Assembly: GCA_045863855.1 (NCBI GenBank)
Contig: BTVV01000009.1
Coordinates: 30,398-94,397, forward strand
Source: Planctomycetota bacterium
GTDB lineage: Bacteria; Planctomycetota; SZUA-567; H5-PLA8
Length of the DNA stretch: 64,000 nt
Direction of reading: 5' to 3'
Shown here: in pieces, positions 51,420-60,495 of the stretch
Position numbering within the stretch: position 1 is the first letter of the stretch
How the letters are laid out: each line of letters begins with the position of its first letter
Program-made: the position numbers and the translations under genes
The notes under the pieces: model-generated
Databases searched by the model: none
Told to the model about the DNA's origin: nothing
What the model saw: only the letters and a program-made list of their open reading frames with translations

Positions 51420-52334
51420 ATGGCGCGCGCCCGAACCGTCCCCGAACTCCCCGTCAGGCCCCCCACGCCGCCCGGGGAAGAACACGGCGCGCGCTGGGAA
51501 GTCCCCAGCGCCGCCCACAAGGAACTCGGACTCTGGGTCCGCGCCGCCGGCTACCAGCAGCAGACCAAACCCGGCCTCGCCTCCGACCGCCGCCTCGGCA
51601 ATTACGCCGCCGTCTATCTCGTCGAAGGCAGCGGGTGGTTCTGGAGCGAACCCACGGGCCGTGTCGAAGTTCAGGCCGGATCCCTCTGGTGGATCTTTCC
51701 CGAGGTCCCGCACCGCTACGCGCCGCACAAGTACTGGCACGAACGCTGGGTGATCTTCGACGGCCCCGTCGCCGAACGCTACGAACGCCACGGCTACCTG
51801 CGCCCCGAAAAGCCCGTCGTCGACGTCGGCGCGCATCCGCAGGTCCAGGAAATCTTCACCCGCTTCCACGACGACTTCATCCACGGCCACCCGCTCGCCG
51901 TGCCCCTCGCTTCGGCGCTGACGCACCAGCTCATCGTCGTCGTCCACGGCCTCGCCACCGGCCAATGGGGCAACCGTGCCCCGCCCGATCCGCTCGTCGC
52001 CGAAGTCCTCGGCCTCATCGACCGCGAAGCCACCCAAGGCCTCACGCCCGAAGCCCTCGCCGAACGCGTCCACGTCGGATACTCGACCCTGCGCCGGCAC
52101 TTCAAGCGCCACACCGGCTACGCCCTGAAGGAATACCTCCTCAGCGTACAACTCAAGCGAGCCAAGGAACTCCTCGCCTTCACCGAACGCCCGGTCCAGA
52201 CCGTCGCCGCGCAAGCCGGCTTCGCCGATCCGTATTACTTTTCGCGCATCTTCCGCGCCCGCGAAGGCGTCTCGCCCAGCGACTTCCGCGCGCGCCAAAG
52301 CCGCATGGCCGGCGGCCTGGCGCGGCAGCCGTAA
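51420..52334 (+). CDS. AraC family transcriptional regulator
   Basis: Cupin-like N-terminal domain (YLVEGSGWF...PEVPHRY). LAERVHVGYSTLRRHFK and AGFADPYYFSRIFRAREGVSPSDFR. Alternative start at 51381. Confidence 0.92.
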   Translation: MARARTVPELPVRPPTPPGEEHGARWEVPSAAHKELGLWVRAAGYQQQTKPGLASDRRLGNYAAVYLVEGSGWFWSEPTGRVEVQAGSLWWIFPEVPHRYAPHKYWHERWVIFDGPVAERYERHGYLRPEKPVVDVGAHPQVQEIFTRFHDDFIHGHPLAVPLASALTHQLIVVVHGLATGQWGNRAPPDPLVAEVLGLIDREATQGLTPEALAERVHVGYSTLRRHFKRHTGYALKEYLLSVQLKRAKELLAFTERPVQTVAAQAGFADPYYFSRIFRAREGVSPSDFRARQSRMAGGLARQP

Positions 52335-52369
52335 AAAAAAAACGGCGCCCGCCAGAAGCGAGCGCCGTT
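52333..52369 (-). terminator. Rho-independent (probably bidirectional) terminator
   Basis: Hairpin aacggcgc...gcgccgtt preceded by A10 (a T-tract on the minus strand), between convergent araC and rhodanese genes. Confidence 0.7.
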
Positions 52370-52402
52370 CGATCCGTCGTCCTGCCGTGAAGCTGCGCGG
52401 GA

Positions 52403-52804
52403 TTACTCGGCCGCTTTGAGTTGCTCGCCGCCGGCCGTCCAGCCCGACGACCCGCCGCTGAAATGCTTCACGTTCGTGTAACCCAGCTTCTGCGCCGCAG
52501 CCGCGCCCGCCTTGTACGCGTTGCACTTCGGACCGCCGCAGTACGCCACCACCAGCGCCGTCTTGTCTTCAGGCAGGTGCTTCGCCAGATCGTCCTTGGC
52601 CGCCGAGAAATCGATCGCGCCCGGGATGTGCCCCTTCTTGTACGAATCCGCGCCGTTGCAATCGATCAGCGTCACCTTCTTCTCGGCGATCGCCTTCTTC
52701 AGATCCTCGAGGCTGATATCGCCCACCGGATCGCCGGCGTAGCTCGCCACGCCCAGCATCGCCACCAACGCCACCGCAAAAGCACTCGCCAAAACTCGCT
52801 TCAT
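52403..52804 (-). CDS. Secreted rhodanese-like domain protein
   Basis: RBS aggagg, signal peptide MKRVLASAFAVALVA, GHIPGA, active-site loop YCGGPKC, and LGYTNV...GG...W. Confidence 0.88.
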   Translation of the reverse strand: MKRVLASAFAVALVAMLGVASYAGDPVGDISLEDLKKAIAEKKVTLIDCNGADSYKKGHIPGAIDFSAAKDDLAKHLPEDKTALVVAYCGGPKCNAYKAGAAAAQKLGYTNVKHFSGGSSGWTAGGEQLKAAE

Positions 52805-53062
52805 CGTACGCCTCCTGAAAATGGGGTTTTCCTTCACATGCTATTCGACGCCAGTCGACGCATCTCATTCAGGTACAAGACGCCGCACACTATTCCCCAG
52901 CTTCACGAAATTCTGAGTCTGCGTACTATATGAACTTCATGTAGATAAACAGGTTATGAGATTTTAGGCTTGGGAGGCGGCAGATCAGATCGATATTCGC
53001 GCCTGCACCTTGCGGGGCTGCCTGCCCTATAAACGGCCGATCCAGCCGCTCGGACCCTTCAC

Positions 53063-54268
53063 TTACGCCCGCGCCGGCCATCCCGGCTGCCGAGACGCGT
53101 CTTCCGCGATCTCCAACACCATCGTGTACGCCGGACCTTGCCGCCCCATCACGTTTACCGTCCGCACCTCGAAGCGGCACCGCCCCGGATGCAAGCGCCA
53201 CGGATACTCCATCCCTTCGATACGCTCCGGCGCGCCGTCGTCCACACGCACTTCGTAATGGCTGAAATACGGCGCGCACGGCGTGTAGAATTGCACCCGG
53301 CCGTAGTACGGCATTTTATGCGGCGGCAATATCTCGAAATGTGCCGCGTCCAGATCGGGATACGCGTCGGCGAGTTCTTCGGTGAACAGGAAGGTCCCGC
53401 TCGAGTAGCGCTTGTGCTCGAAGGTCTTCGGCGGCTTGCCCTGATACCAGCGCTGCCGCTTGCGCGCTTCGTCCAGCGGCAGGACCACCGGAGGCTTGCC
53501 CCCGCGGCCGTCGCGCCGGAAAACGTCGTTGCGGCATTCGATCAGATGCCAGAATAGCGCGCACGCCTCAGGCTTCCCCGCGATGCCCGTCCGCGCCCGC
53601 GGCACCGCGCGGTTCTCCGGACCGACGCGTGCGACGATCCCTTCGCCGCGGTGCGTCTGCCAGCGCCGCCCCACTTCCTCCGCGTTCAGCGGCACGCCGT
53701 CCAGTTCGTAATGATGGTCGTAGTTCGGATCCACGCAGACCCATTTGCGCAGTTCGTTCACCCACACGTCGGCGACGCCGTGCATGTTCGAGGCTTCGGT
53801 CGGCAGGTGCTCGCCGTCCACCGCCAGCTTGCGCGCGGGAATCCCCAGCGCCGCGGCCGCCGCCACGAAGACCGTCGCGAAGTGCGTGCAAAAAAAAGTC
53901 CCGCCCGAACGCGAAGCCGCCAGCAGCGTCGCAGGCTCCAGACCCGGAACCGCCGGGTCCGTGCCGTTGACGAGCTGCACGAATACCCAGTGCCGCAGCT
54001 TCAAGATCGCGTCCCACTCGCCACGCGCGCCGGAAACGACCTCCTCCAAGCGGTTGCGCACCCGGAATTCCGCCGCGAAACGGTTATCGAAATCCTGGAA
54101 GCAGAACGGCATTCGGCTTACCGCCGGACGCGGATTGTCGTACGCAACCACCTCCACGCGCCAGCCGTGCCGCCGCTCCAGTTCGAGCCACACGGCGTCG
54201 AAGGGCCGGGCTGGAGGGTCCGCCAGGCGCTCAGGCGCCAAGCTCACCGGTTGGGTTTCTAGGGTCAA
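53063..54268 (-). CDS. Transglutaminase-like (Cys-His-Asp) domain protein
   Basis: FFCTHFATVFVAAAAALGIPAR, HGVADVW and KWVCVDP. The TTG start is uncertain. Confidence 0.78.
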   Translation of the reverse strand: MTLETQPVSLAPERLADPPARPFDAVWLELERRHGWRVEVVAYDNPRPAVSRMPFCFQDFDNRFAAEFRVRNRLEEVVSGARGEWDAILKLRHWVFVQLVNGTDPAVPGLEPATLLAASRSGGTFFCTHFATVFVAAAAALGIPARKLAVDGEHLPTEASNMHGVADVWVNELRKWVCVDPNYDHHYELDGVPLNAEEVGRRWQTHRGEGIVARVGPENRAVPRARTGIAGKPEACALFWHLIECRNDVFRRDGRGGKPPVVLPLDEARKRQRWYQGKPPKTFEHKRYSSGTFLFTEELADAYPDLDAAHFEILPPHKMPYYGRVQFYTPCAPYFSHYEVRVDDGAPERIEGMEYPWRLHPGRCRFEVRTVNVMGRQGPAYTMVLEIAEDASRQPGWPARA

Positions 54269-54286
54269 GAAATTGATCCTTTCGGT

Positions 54287-55519
54287 CTACGGGGCGGCGA
54301 CGAGGGCCGTTGCATCCAGGCGCAGCACCGCCCATTCGCGGGAGCACCTCGAAAGCAGAATCAAGCCGCGCGCACTGTCGTAGCAGGCGTAATTCCACTC
54401 CGTTGAACGGTCTCCGGAAAATGAAAACGGAACGTGTTTGAGTTTGGTCCAGGTGCCGCTATCGGGGTCCATCAGGTACTCGCCGGTATCGGTGCGCAGC
54501 CAATACCGATCCAGGTGCTCGACGTAAACGAGACCCATGCGAGGAATGCCTTCCACGGAGCCCGCGCCCAATCGCTCGAATTTCTCGGTCTTGGCGTTAA
54601 AGACCAAGACCGTGTGCATCGGCAGTTCGGCTGGGCCATCCTTCTTGGGACGCCAGGCGCTTCCGCCATGAAACAGAATGCGCTGGCGCTTCCCATCCAC
54701 CGCCGCTTGCCCTCCCGTATAGCCGTTGGCGGCGTTCGCCTTCGCATCCACGGGGCCTCCGCCCGGGCTGTCGAGCAAAACCTTCCAGGCTTTCGCCTTC
54801 AGGTCGTACTTGGAAACCGTCCAAACGCCGAAATGGTAAAGCGCGCCTGCCTCCGGTACCGCGCGCAAAATGGTGTCGTACGGTTCTTGCCGCTTGAGCG
54901 CGGGATATTCGAGTTGTGTCCATCGCTTCGACTTGATGTCGAAGGACCAGAACGTAAATACCGTGGTGCCTTGGTTCGCATCGAATAGCGGATGTTTGTT
55001 GGGTACCCCCGCATTCGCTCCATTAATCAGGAAGAACGAACCGCTTGCGGCGTCGTAACAGATGCCGTTGTATGTATGCCGCGGACAGGGCGTCGGATCG
55101 GTCTTGTTCTCGTCGAGCGGATACGAGCATTGATTGGGGTCCGTGGAACGCGCGCCCGCGCGCCAGTTGCTCCGCTTGACGAGTTCAAGTTCGTTGCGCA
55201 TGCAATCGTAGGAATACAGGCTGTCCGAATAGTTATTCGGTACAGCTTTTCCCGGCGGCATGGTCGTGTAGCCGGTAAGCGTCAGAATCTTGTTGATCCC
55301 CGGGCAAAAGACGTCGCTGCCGAACGAGTTAATGTGCACGATTCGGCCGCCCTCCCAAGGCTTGGGAATCACCACGGCCGGAGGCGGCAGGCTCACCCAT
55401 TGGTTCGCCGGAAATTTGGCCGCAGCTTCCGCGAGCAGGCCGGAATCCGTGGCCGCATGCACAAGCGAGAACGTCAAGCATAAGAGAGCGGAAAGGATGC
55501 GAACCGACTTGTTGGGCAT
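54287..55519 (-). CDS. Secreted Kelch-like beta-propeller protein
   Basis: Signal peptide, PANQW, PTPCPRHTYNGICYD and FWSFDIKSKRW blades. Confidence 0.7.
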   Translation of the reverse strand: MPNKSVRILSALLCLTFSLVHAATDSGLLAEAAAKFPANQWVSLPPPAVVIPKPWEGGRIVHINSFGSDVFCPGINKILTLTGYTTMPPGKAVPNNYSDSLYSYDCMRNELELVKRSNWRAGARSTDPNQCSYPLDENKTDPTPCPRHTYNGICYDAASGSFFLINGANAGVPNKHPLFDANQGTTVFTFWSFDIKSKRWTQLEYPALKRQEPYDTILRAVPEAGALYHFGVWTVSKYDLKAKAWKVLLDSPGGGPVDAKANAANGYTGGQAAVDGKRQRILFHGGSAWRPKKDGPAELPMHTVLVFNAKTEKFERLGAGSVEGIPRMGLVYVEHLDRYWLRTDTGEYLMDPDSGTWTKLKHVPFSFSGDRSTEWNYACYDSARGLILLSRCSREWAVLRLDATALVAAP

Positions 55520-55570
55520 GGCGAGTTCTCCCGGTTCTACGGTCTATTTAAAGCAAGGCCAACGCGAAGT

Positions 55571-56725
55571 TCACGGCACGTACCGGAACCGGAAACACTC
55601 GAGCTGGTAGTTCATCAGCACGCAATCCGTCGACGGATCGTACTGCAAATACCCATTCACCAGCGGCAACTCGCCGCCTTTGGCGTCCTTCCACACGTTC
55701 GTATGGGGGTCGAAGACGCGCGTATCGTTTCCCGTGGGGCCGATCACGAGGTACACGTCGTGCTTGGAGATATAGCAGACGCCTTTGGTCTTGCGGCGCG
55801 GGTCCTTGTCCTTCGCCGCTTCCTCCTTGGTAAGCACCGGCAGATCCCAGCAGTCCGGCAGCGCGGCGAACTCCTTGCTGGCCGGATTGAACGTGCAGAG
55901 TTTCTCGCCCAGGCGGAAGACCCACAGCGCGCGCTTGCTGTCCCAGGCCGAACGAGCGTTGTATACGCGCATCGGGCACTTGTTCTTGGGCGCGAGCTTC
56001 TCCCACTTCTGCGATTTCAGGTCGAACTCGGCGTAGAAATTGCCGCCGTCGTTCAAAAACAAGAGCTTCTCGCCCTGTGGCCAATGCGTCAGATGGTTCT
56101 CGTACGGAGAGCCCGTGTAGCCGGCGCTGGCGATCCCGTCCTCGATCCGCGTCCAGCGCTTCTCCGCGAAGGCGTACTTCCAGAGCGACTTGTTGTCTTT
56201 GGCCAGCGCTTCTTTCGCTGAGGCCTCGGCCTTATCCCCCAGGCCCGTCTTCCAGTTCGCGCCCAGCACCAGGTACACCGCGTCCTCGGGCTCGACGTAG
56301 CAGATTCCGTCGTACGTATGCCGCGGACTCGGCGTCGGATGCTCCTGAAACGCCGGCAGCAGTTTCCCGCCTCCGTAGCTTCCGCCGCCCCAGTGCGCGA
56401 TCTCTTCCACGGCCGCCGAATCCGCCTTCGGGTCCCATTTCACGGTGGTGTTGGTGTAGTACCCCGGCGAAGTGCCCAGCGCCTTCGACTCGATCCCCGT
56501 CCGGATCAATATCTCGCCTGTCTTCGAGCGATACACATTATCCGAGTACCCGTCCGTGGTATCCCAGCGCCCGTCCGGCGTGTGCGCCGCGAGCACCGCC
56601 TTCCAGTCGATCTGAACTTTCTGCCAGGTATTCGCCGGAACTTCCGACGCGCGGGCGGCCGAGCACCAGACCGCGGCGAGCAGAACCGCCAGACCGCACG
56701 GCGAGATGGATGCGGCTCGGGACAC
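55571..56725 (-). CDS. Secreted Kelch-like beta-propeller protein (paralog of the adjacent gene)
   Basis: GTG at 56725 after RBS aaaggag. Signal peptide, PANTW and PTPSPRHTYDGICY. Confidence 0.7.
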   Translation of the reverse strand: MSRAASISPCGLAVLLAAVWCSAARASEVPANTWQKVQIDWKAVLAAHTPDGRWDTTDGYSDNVYRSKTGEILIRTGIESKALGTSPGYYTNTTVKWDPKADSAAVEEIAHWGGGSYGGGKLLPAFQEHPTPSPRHTYDGICYVEPEDAVYLVLGANWKTGLGDKAEASAKEALAKDNKSLWKYAFAEKRWTRIEDGIASAGYTGSPYENHLTHWPQGEKLLFLNDGGNFYAEFDLKSQKWEKLAPKNKCPMRVYNARSAWDSKRALWVFRLGEKLCTFNPASKEFAALPDCWDLPVLTKEEAAKDKDPRRKTKGVCYISKHDVYLVIGPTGNDTRVFDPHTNVWKDAKGGELPLVNGYLQYDPSTDCVLMNYQLECFRFRYVP

Positions 56726-56742
56726 GGGTGGACTCCTTTCGA

Positions 56743-58173
56743 TTACGGCGTCTTCGCCAATGCGGCCACTTCTTTCGGGTTCAGCACGCGGTGGTACACC
56801 CGCAAGTCGTCCATCCAGCCGTCGAACGTGGGAACATTTTTTTCTGTGCCGGTCACGAATTTTCCGCCGATGCGCAAGCTGTACCCGGAGTTCTGGGCTC
56901 GGCCGATCGCTCCGCCACCCCCTTGAGCCTGGCCTGCCGGCCGGCCGTTCACATACGCCAAGGCGGTTTTGCCGTCGCACGTCCAAGCCAAGTGGATCCA
57001 GCCGGTCTCTGGCGCACGGACCGGCATCGGCGCGGACAGTTGGTGGCCGGTCTCTCCCTGGATCCAGTGCCAGGTCACCTGCGTGGCTTGCAGGCTCAGA
57101 CGGTAGCGGTGCCGGTTTTCCAGCAAGACCGGGTTCGACGCATGCGCGGCGCGCTTGATCCACAACGCGATGCTCACTTGCTCGGTATTCTTAAGGTGCG
57201 GGCCTTGCAGAATAACGCCTCCGGCATCGTGCCCTTGGCCGTTGAAGCGGAAGGCCTTTCCGTGCATGCCCGGAGCGGAGGTATCTTCGCCGGAGGCGAC
57301 CCCCTTGATCGCACCGACGTTCTCGAAGGATTGGTGAAAGACCAAGCCTTCCCGGAGCCCCGGATCTTCGTTGGGTGCGGATTCGGGCGGATCCACCGTC
57401 TTGGCTTCCGACGGCGATGCCGATTTCGATGCACCCGGTTCGTCCGGCGGCGCGCTCTTCGCGAACGTGCCTTCGGCAGGCGCTTCCGTCCGTACGGGTA
57501 GGGGAGGACCTTCCGACACCACTGCGGGCGCCGGCGTCGGCACAGGCGCGGACGGTTCTTCCGTCTTTACTTCCACGGTTTCCTTAGGTTGAGCGGCCGG
57601 CTGAACAGGGGTCTCGACCGAAGCTTGAACCGGCGGCTCCACGGGGGCCGGAACAGCCGGTTCGACGGCAGGCGCTGCAATGCGAGCCGGTTCGCGCTCC
57701 GTAACGACCGGGATCGACTTCTGTGCCGGAGGTTCGGGTACTGCGGGAGGAGGGGAACGATCGAGGACGCTGAGCGCCGGTGTCGGAGCCTTCGCGTGAT
57801 CCGGCTTCGGCTCGCTCGAACGTCCGAACGCGAAGGCCAGCAGCAGGACGACGGCCAGCAACCCCGCGCCCGCGGCGGCGAACACGCCGGCCTTCGAGCG
57901 CTCGGGTTTCGCCGGCGCCGCCCGTGCCTTGGCCGGCCGGATCGCCTTCGACGAAGCCACGCCCACCGCCGCACTCGGTTTCGACGGCGTCGGGTTCTTG
58001 TCCAGGATCGCCCGCGCCGCGTCGTCCGTCAGCGCCATCGTTTCCAGTGTCAGCACGCCTTCCGCGCATTCCGTGCAGAATACGCCGCGCAATTTCTTAT
58101 TCTTGGCCTGGCCTTGAGCCACGTCCACGGCCGTGACCCGCTTCCCGCACTTTTCGCAGAAGTAGAATTCCAT
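56743..58173 (-). CDS. Zn-ribbon / TM / Pro-rich linker / LamG (concanavalin A-like) domain protein
   Basis: N-terminal CEKC...CTEC, one TM helix, a P/A/E-rich stalk, and LamG motifs SIALWIK, WIHLAWTCDG, YVNG and FDGWMDDLRVYHRVL. Confidence 0.8.
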   Translation of the reverse strand: MEFYFCEKCGKRVTAVDVAQGQAKNKKLRGVFCTECAEGVLTLETMALTDDAARAILDKNPTPSKPSAAVGVASSKAIRPAKARAAPAKPERSKAGVFAAAGAGLLAVVLLLAFAFGRSSEPKPDHAKAPTPALSVLDRSPPPAVPEPPAQKSIPVVTEREPARIAAPAVEPAVPAPVEPPVQASVETPVQPAAQPKETVEVKTEEPSAPVPTPAPAVVSEGPPLPVRTEAPAEGTFAKSAPPDEPGASKSASPSEAKTVDPPESAPNEDPGLREGLVFHQSFENVGAIKGVASGEDTSAPGMHGKAFRFNGQGHDAGGVILQGPHLKNTEQVSIALWIKRAAHASNPVLLENRHRYRLSLQATQVTWHWIQGETGHQLSAPMPVRAPETGWIHLAWTCDGKTALAYVNGRPAGQAQGGGGAIGRAQNSGYSLRIGGKFVTGTEKNVPTFDGWMDDLRVYHRVLNPKEVAALAKTP

Positions 58174-58219
58174 GCGCGATACCTTGTCGCAAAGCTCCGC
58201 GGCGGCCGTAGGCCCTGCG

Positions 58220-59359
58220 TTACTTGCTGACCGTCTGGGCCTGAACGCCGGCCGCCGCTGGCGCGTGTTTGTACAAGTATACCTTCCCGTCGGCCCACAT
58301 GCTCACGCCGTACTCGGGGATAAACGCGCAGACCGGCATCGCGCTGCTCTTGAAAGGCCATTGCGAAATCGCCGATGCAATCGCCACGTACTCGTTCTTG
58401 TCGCTGTCGAACTCGAAGCACTGCGCCCCCGCTTCATCGCGGAATCCGAAAATCAGGTAGCGGCCCGTCGCCGGATCGATGGTGATCTTGTCCCCCCTTA
58501 CGCCAAGATCCAACGGCGCTTCCTTAAGCTGCTCGATTGTCCCGTCGGCCTTGAAACGGGCCACGACGCGGCGGTTGTTGTTGCCGCCGGTCATAAGCAC
58601 CTCTTTGCGGTACGGGTTGTGCCGGAAAAGGCTATGGTAGCCATCCACGGGGCTGGTGCCCAAAGGCTCCCATTTCTGGCGCGCCTGGCTGAAAATGCAG
58701 GGCGTTTTGCCGAGCGAAATCAATCCGTCCATGGCGTTAAAGTATTCGATCGACATGCTGCCGCCCTGGCCTTCGGGCTTGGCGGGAAGCTTCGTCCACT
58801 TCTCCGTCAGCGCGTCGAAGAACGAGATGCCGCCCTCCAGCTTCAGGCCTTCCGTCTCGCTCTCGAATCCGTTGTAGCGGTGGTAAAAACGGCTGCGTTC
58901 GTGATCGAACCCGTTGCTGCTGTAAATATGGCCGAACTTGGAACGGAAACACGGATTGTCGCTCTTGGGATCCAGTTCCACGGTGCGCCAGGCATTCTTC
59001 TCCTCCGAATAGGCGATGAAGCGCCGAGTCTGGCGCAATCCCATGAAGAAAAACTGGCCGGTCCGGCTGTCCCAGTGCGCGTCGTCGGTCCAGCCCGCGA
59101 TATGCAACCCGCCGGAACCGCCGCCGTTGCGCCCCCCATTCACCTTGGGCGAACTCCACGTGCCCGGCGGAACTTCCGTCTTCAGCTCCGCCCAAGTCCC
59201 CGGCTGCATCGAAAGCGCCAGCTTGGACAGCTCGCTTTGCCCCTTGCGCGCCGCCACCGCCTTCTTGGTCTCCTCGCCGCCGGGCAGCCAAGTCGGCTCG
59301 AACGCATGAGCGGAAAGCGCCAGCACCAGGCCGCAAAAGGTAAGGATCGAGATTCGCAT
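58220..59359 (-). CDS. Secreted beta-propeller-like protein, function unknown
   Basis: Signal peptide, LPGGEE...ELSKLALSMQPGTWAEL and GHIYSSNGFD. Clear paralog of the adjacent gene. Confidence 0.7.
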   Translation of the reverse strand: MRISILTFCGLVLALSAHAFEPTWLPGGEETKKAVAARKGQSELSKLALSMQPGTWAELKTEVPPGTWSSPKVNGGRNGGGSGGLHIAGWTDDAHWDSRTGQFFFMGLRQTRRFIAYSEEKNAWRTVELDPKSDNPCFRSKFGHIYSSNGFDHERSRFYHRYNGFESETEGLKLEGGISFFDALTEKWTKLPAKPEGQGGSMSIEYFNAMDGLISLGKTPCIFSQARQKWEPLGTSPVDGYHSLFRHNPYRKEVLMTGGNNNRRVVARFKADGTIEQLKEAPLDLGVRGDKITIDPATGRYLIFGFRDEAGAQCFEFDSDKNEYVAIASAISQWPFKSSAMPVCAFIPEYGVSMWADGKVYLYKHAPAAAGVQAQTVSK

Positions 59360-59395
59360 GACTCGGTCTCCGTGAGGGTTCGTTCGTATCCGGCG

Positions 59396-60463
59396 TTACT
59401 TCTTCTCGCTCGCCTGACTGTCCCAGACCGACGGATCGTGCTTGTACAACCACACCTTGCTGTCCGCCCACATGCTCACGCCGTGCTCGGGTATATAGGC
59501 CACCAGCGGCGAGTCGTACGAGCCGAACGGCCAAGCCGTCTGCGTGAAGTCGTCGATCTTCCGGTAATCGTTCTTGTCCGCGTCGAACTCGTAGAATTGG
59601 CGCTCCGGAACCATGAACAAATACCGCCCCGACTGCGGGTCTACCGTGCAGGTCGAGAAGCGGATCGTGAGCGGCCCGCCGGGGAAGTCCTTCATGGCTT
59701 TCAGCGTGCCGTCCTTCTGGACGATGGCCACGGCTGCCGAGTCGTTGCCGCCTGCGAAGAGCACTTCCTTGCGGAACGGATTCTCCCGCGCCACCGAGTG
59801 ATAGCCGTGCGGCGCGATCTTCCCCAGGTTCGACCAGGCCTGCTTCTCCTCGCTGAAGAGGTGAACCACACCCGCGGGCTTCTTGGTCAGATTGAGCAGC
59901 CCTTTGAGGCCCGGATGGAACTCGATCGTCATGGACTGAGTGTCGCCGCCGATCGGCGGCAGCACCGTCCACGTATCCGCCCGAAGGTCGTAGCGCCGCC
60001 CGTTCGTGTAGTAGCGGCTCGTTTCGGCGTCGAAGGCGTTGGCCGAATACTGGTGTCCGAACTTCTGCAAAAGCTCCGGCCCATTCTCCTTCGTGTGGAA
60101 CTCGATGTTCCGCCAGGTGTTCGTCTCTTCGGAGTACGCCACGAATTTACGCGCCTGCCGCACGCCGAAATACAGGAACTGCCCCGTCCGGGAATCCCAG
60201 TGCCCGTCGTCCGACCACGTGCCGATGTGCAGCCCCTTCGAAGGCTGCGGCGCCGACCACAACCCTTTCGGAACCTCGCACGGAAGCACCGCCCACGTCC
60301 CCGGCTTCATCGAAGCCGCCAGCTTCGACAATTCCGTCTTGCCGCGCCGCGCTTCCACCAGCTTCTTGACTTCCTCGCCGCCCGGCAGGTACGCCGCATC
60401 GCCGCCGAACACCGGCCCCGCCAGCAGCACCACCGTGACCAGGATCGCCATCGCCGTACGCAT
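59396..60463 (-). CDS. Secreted beta-propeller-like protein, tandem paralog
   Basis: ATG at 60463, signal peptide, LPGGEE...ELSKLAASMKPGTWAVL and GHQYSANAFD. C-terminus IPEHGVSMWADSKVWLYKH matches the neighbour. Confidence 0.72.
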   Translation of the reverse strand: MRTAMAILVTVVLLAGPVFGGDAAYLPGGEEVKKLVEARRGKTELSKLAASMKPGTWAVLPCEVPKGLWSAPQPSKGLHIGTWSDDGHWDSRTGQFLYFGVRQARKFVAYSEETNTWRNIEFHTKENGPELLQKFGHQYSANAFDAETSRYYTNGRRYDLRADTWTVLPPIGGDTQSMTIEFHPGLKGLLNLTKKPAGVVHLFSEEKQAWSNLGKIAPHGYHSVARENPFRKEVLFAGGNDSAAVAIVQKDGTLKAMKDFPGGPLTIRFSTCTVDPQSGRYLFMVPERQFYEFDADKNDYRKIDDFTQTAWPFGSYDSPLVAYIPEHGVSMWADSKVWLYKHDPSVWDSQASEKK

Positions 60464-60495
60464 GCGTCCGCCCTCGCTTCCGAGTGTTCCTGAAT

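Noticed and set aside
58172..60493. 773-aa plus-strand ORF
   Set aside because: Antisense shadow of two paralogous minus-strand genes that have signal peptides and mutual homology.
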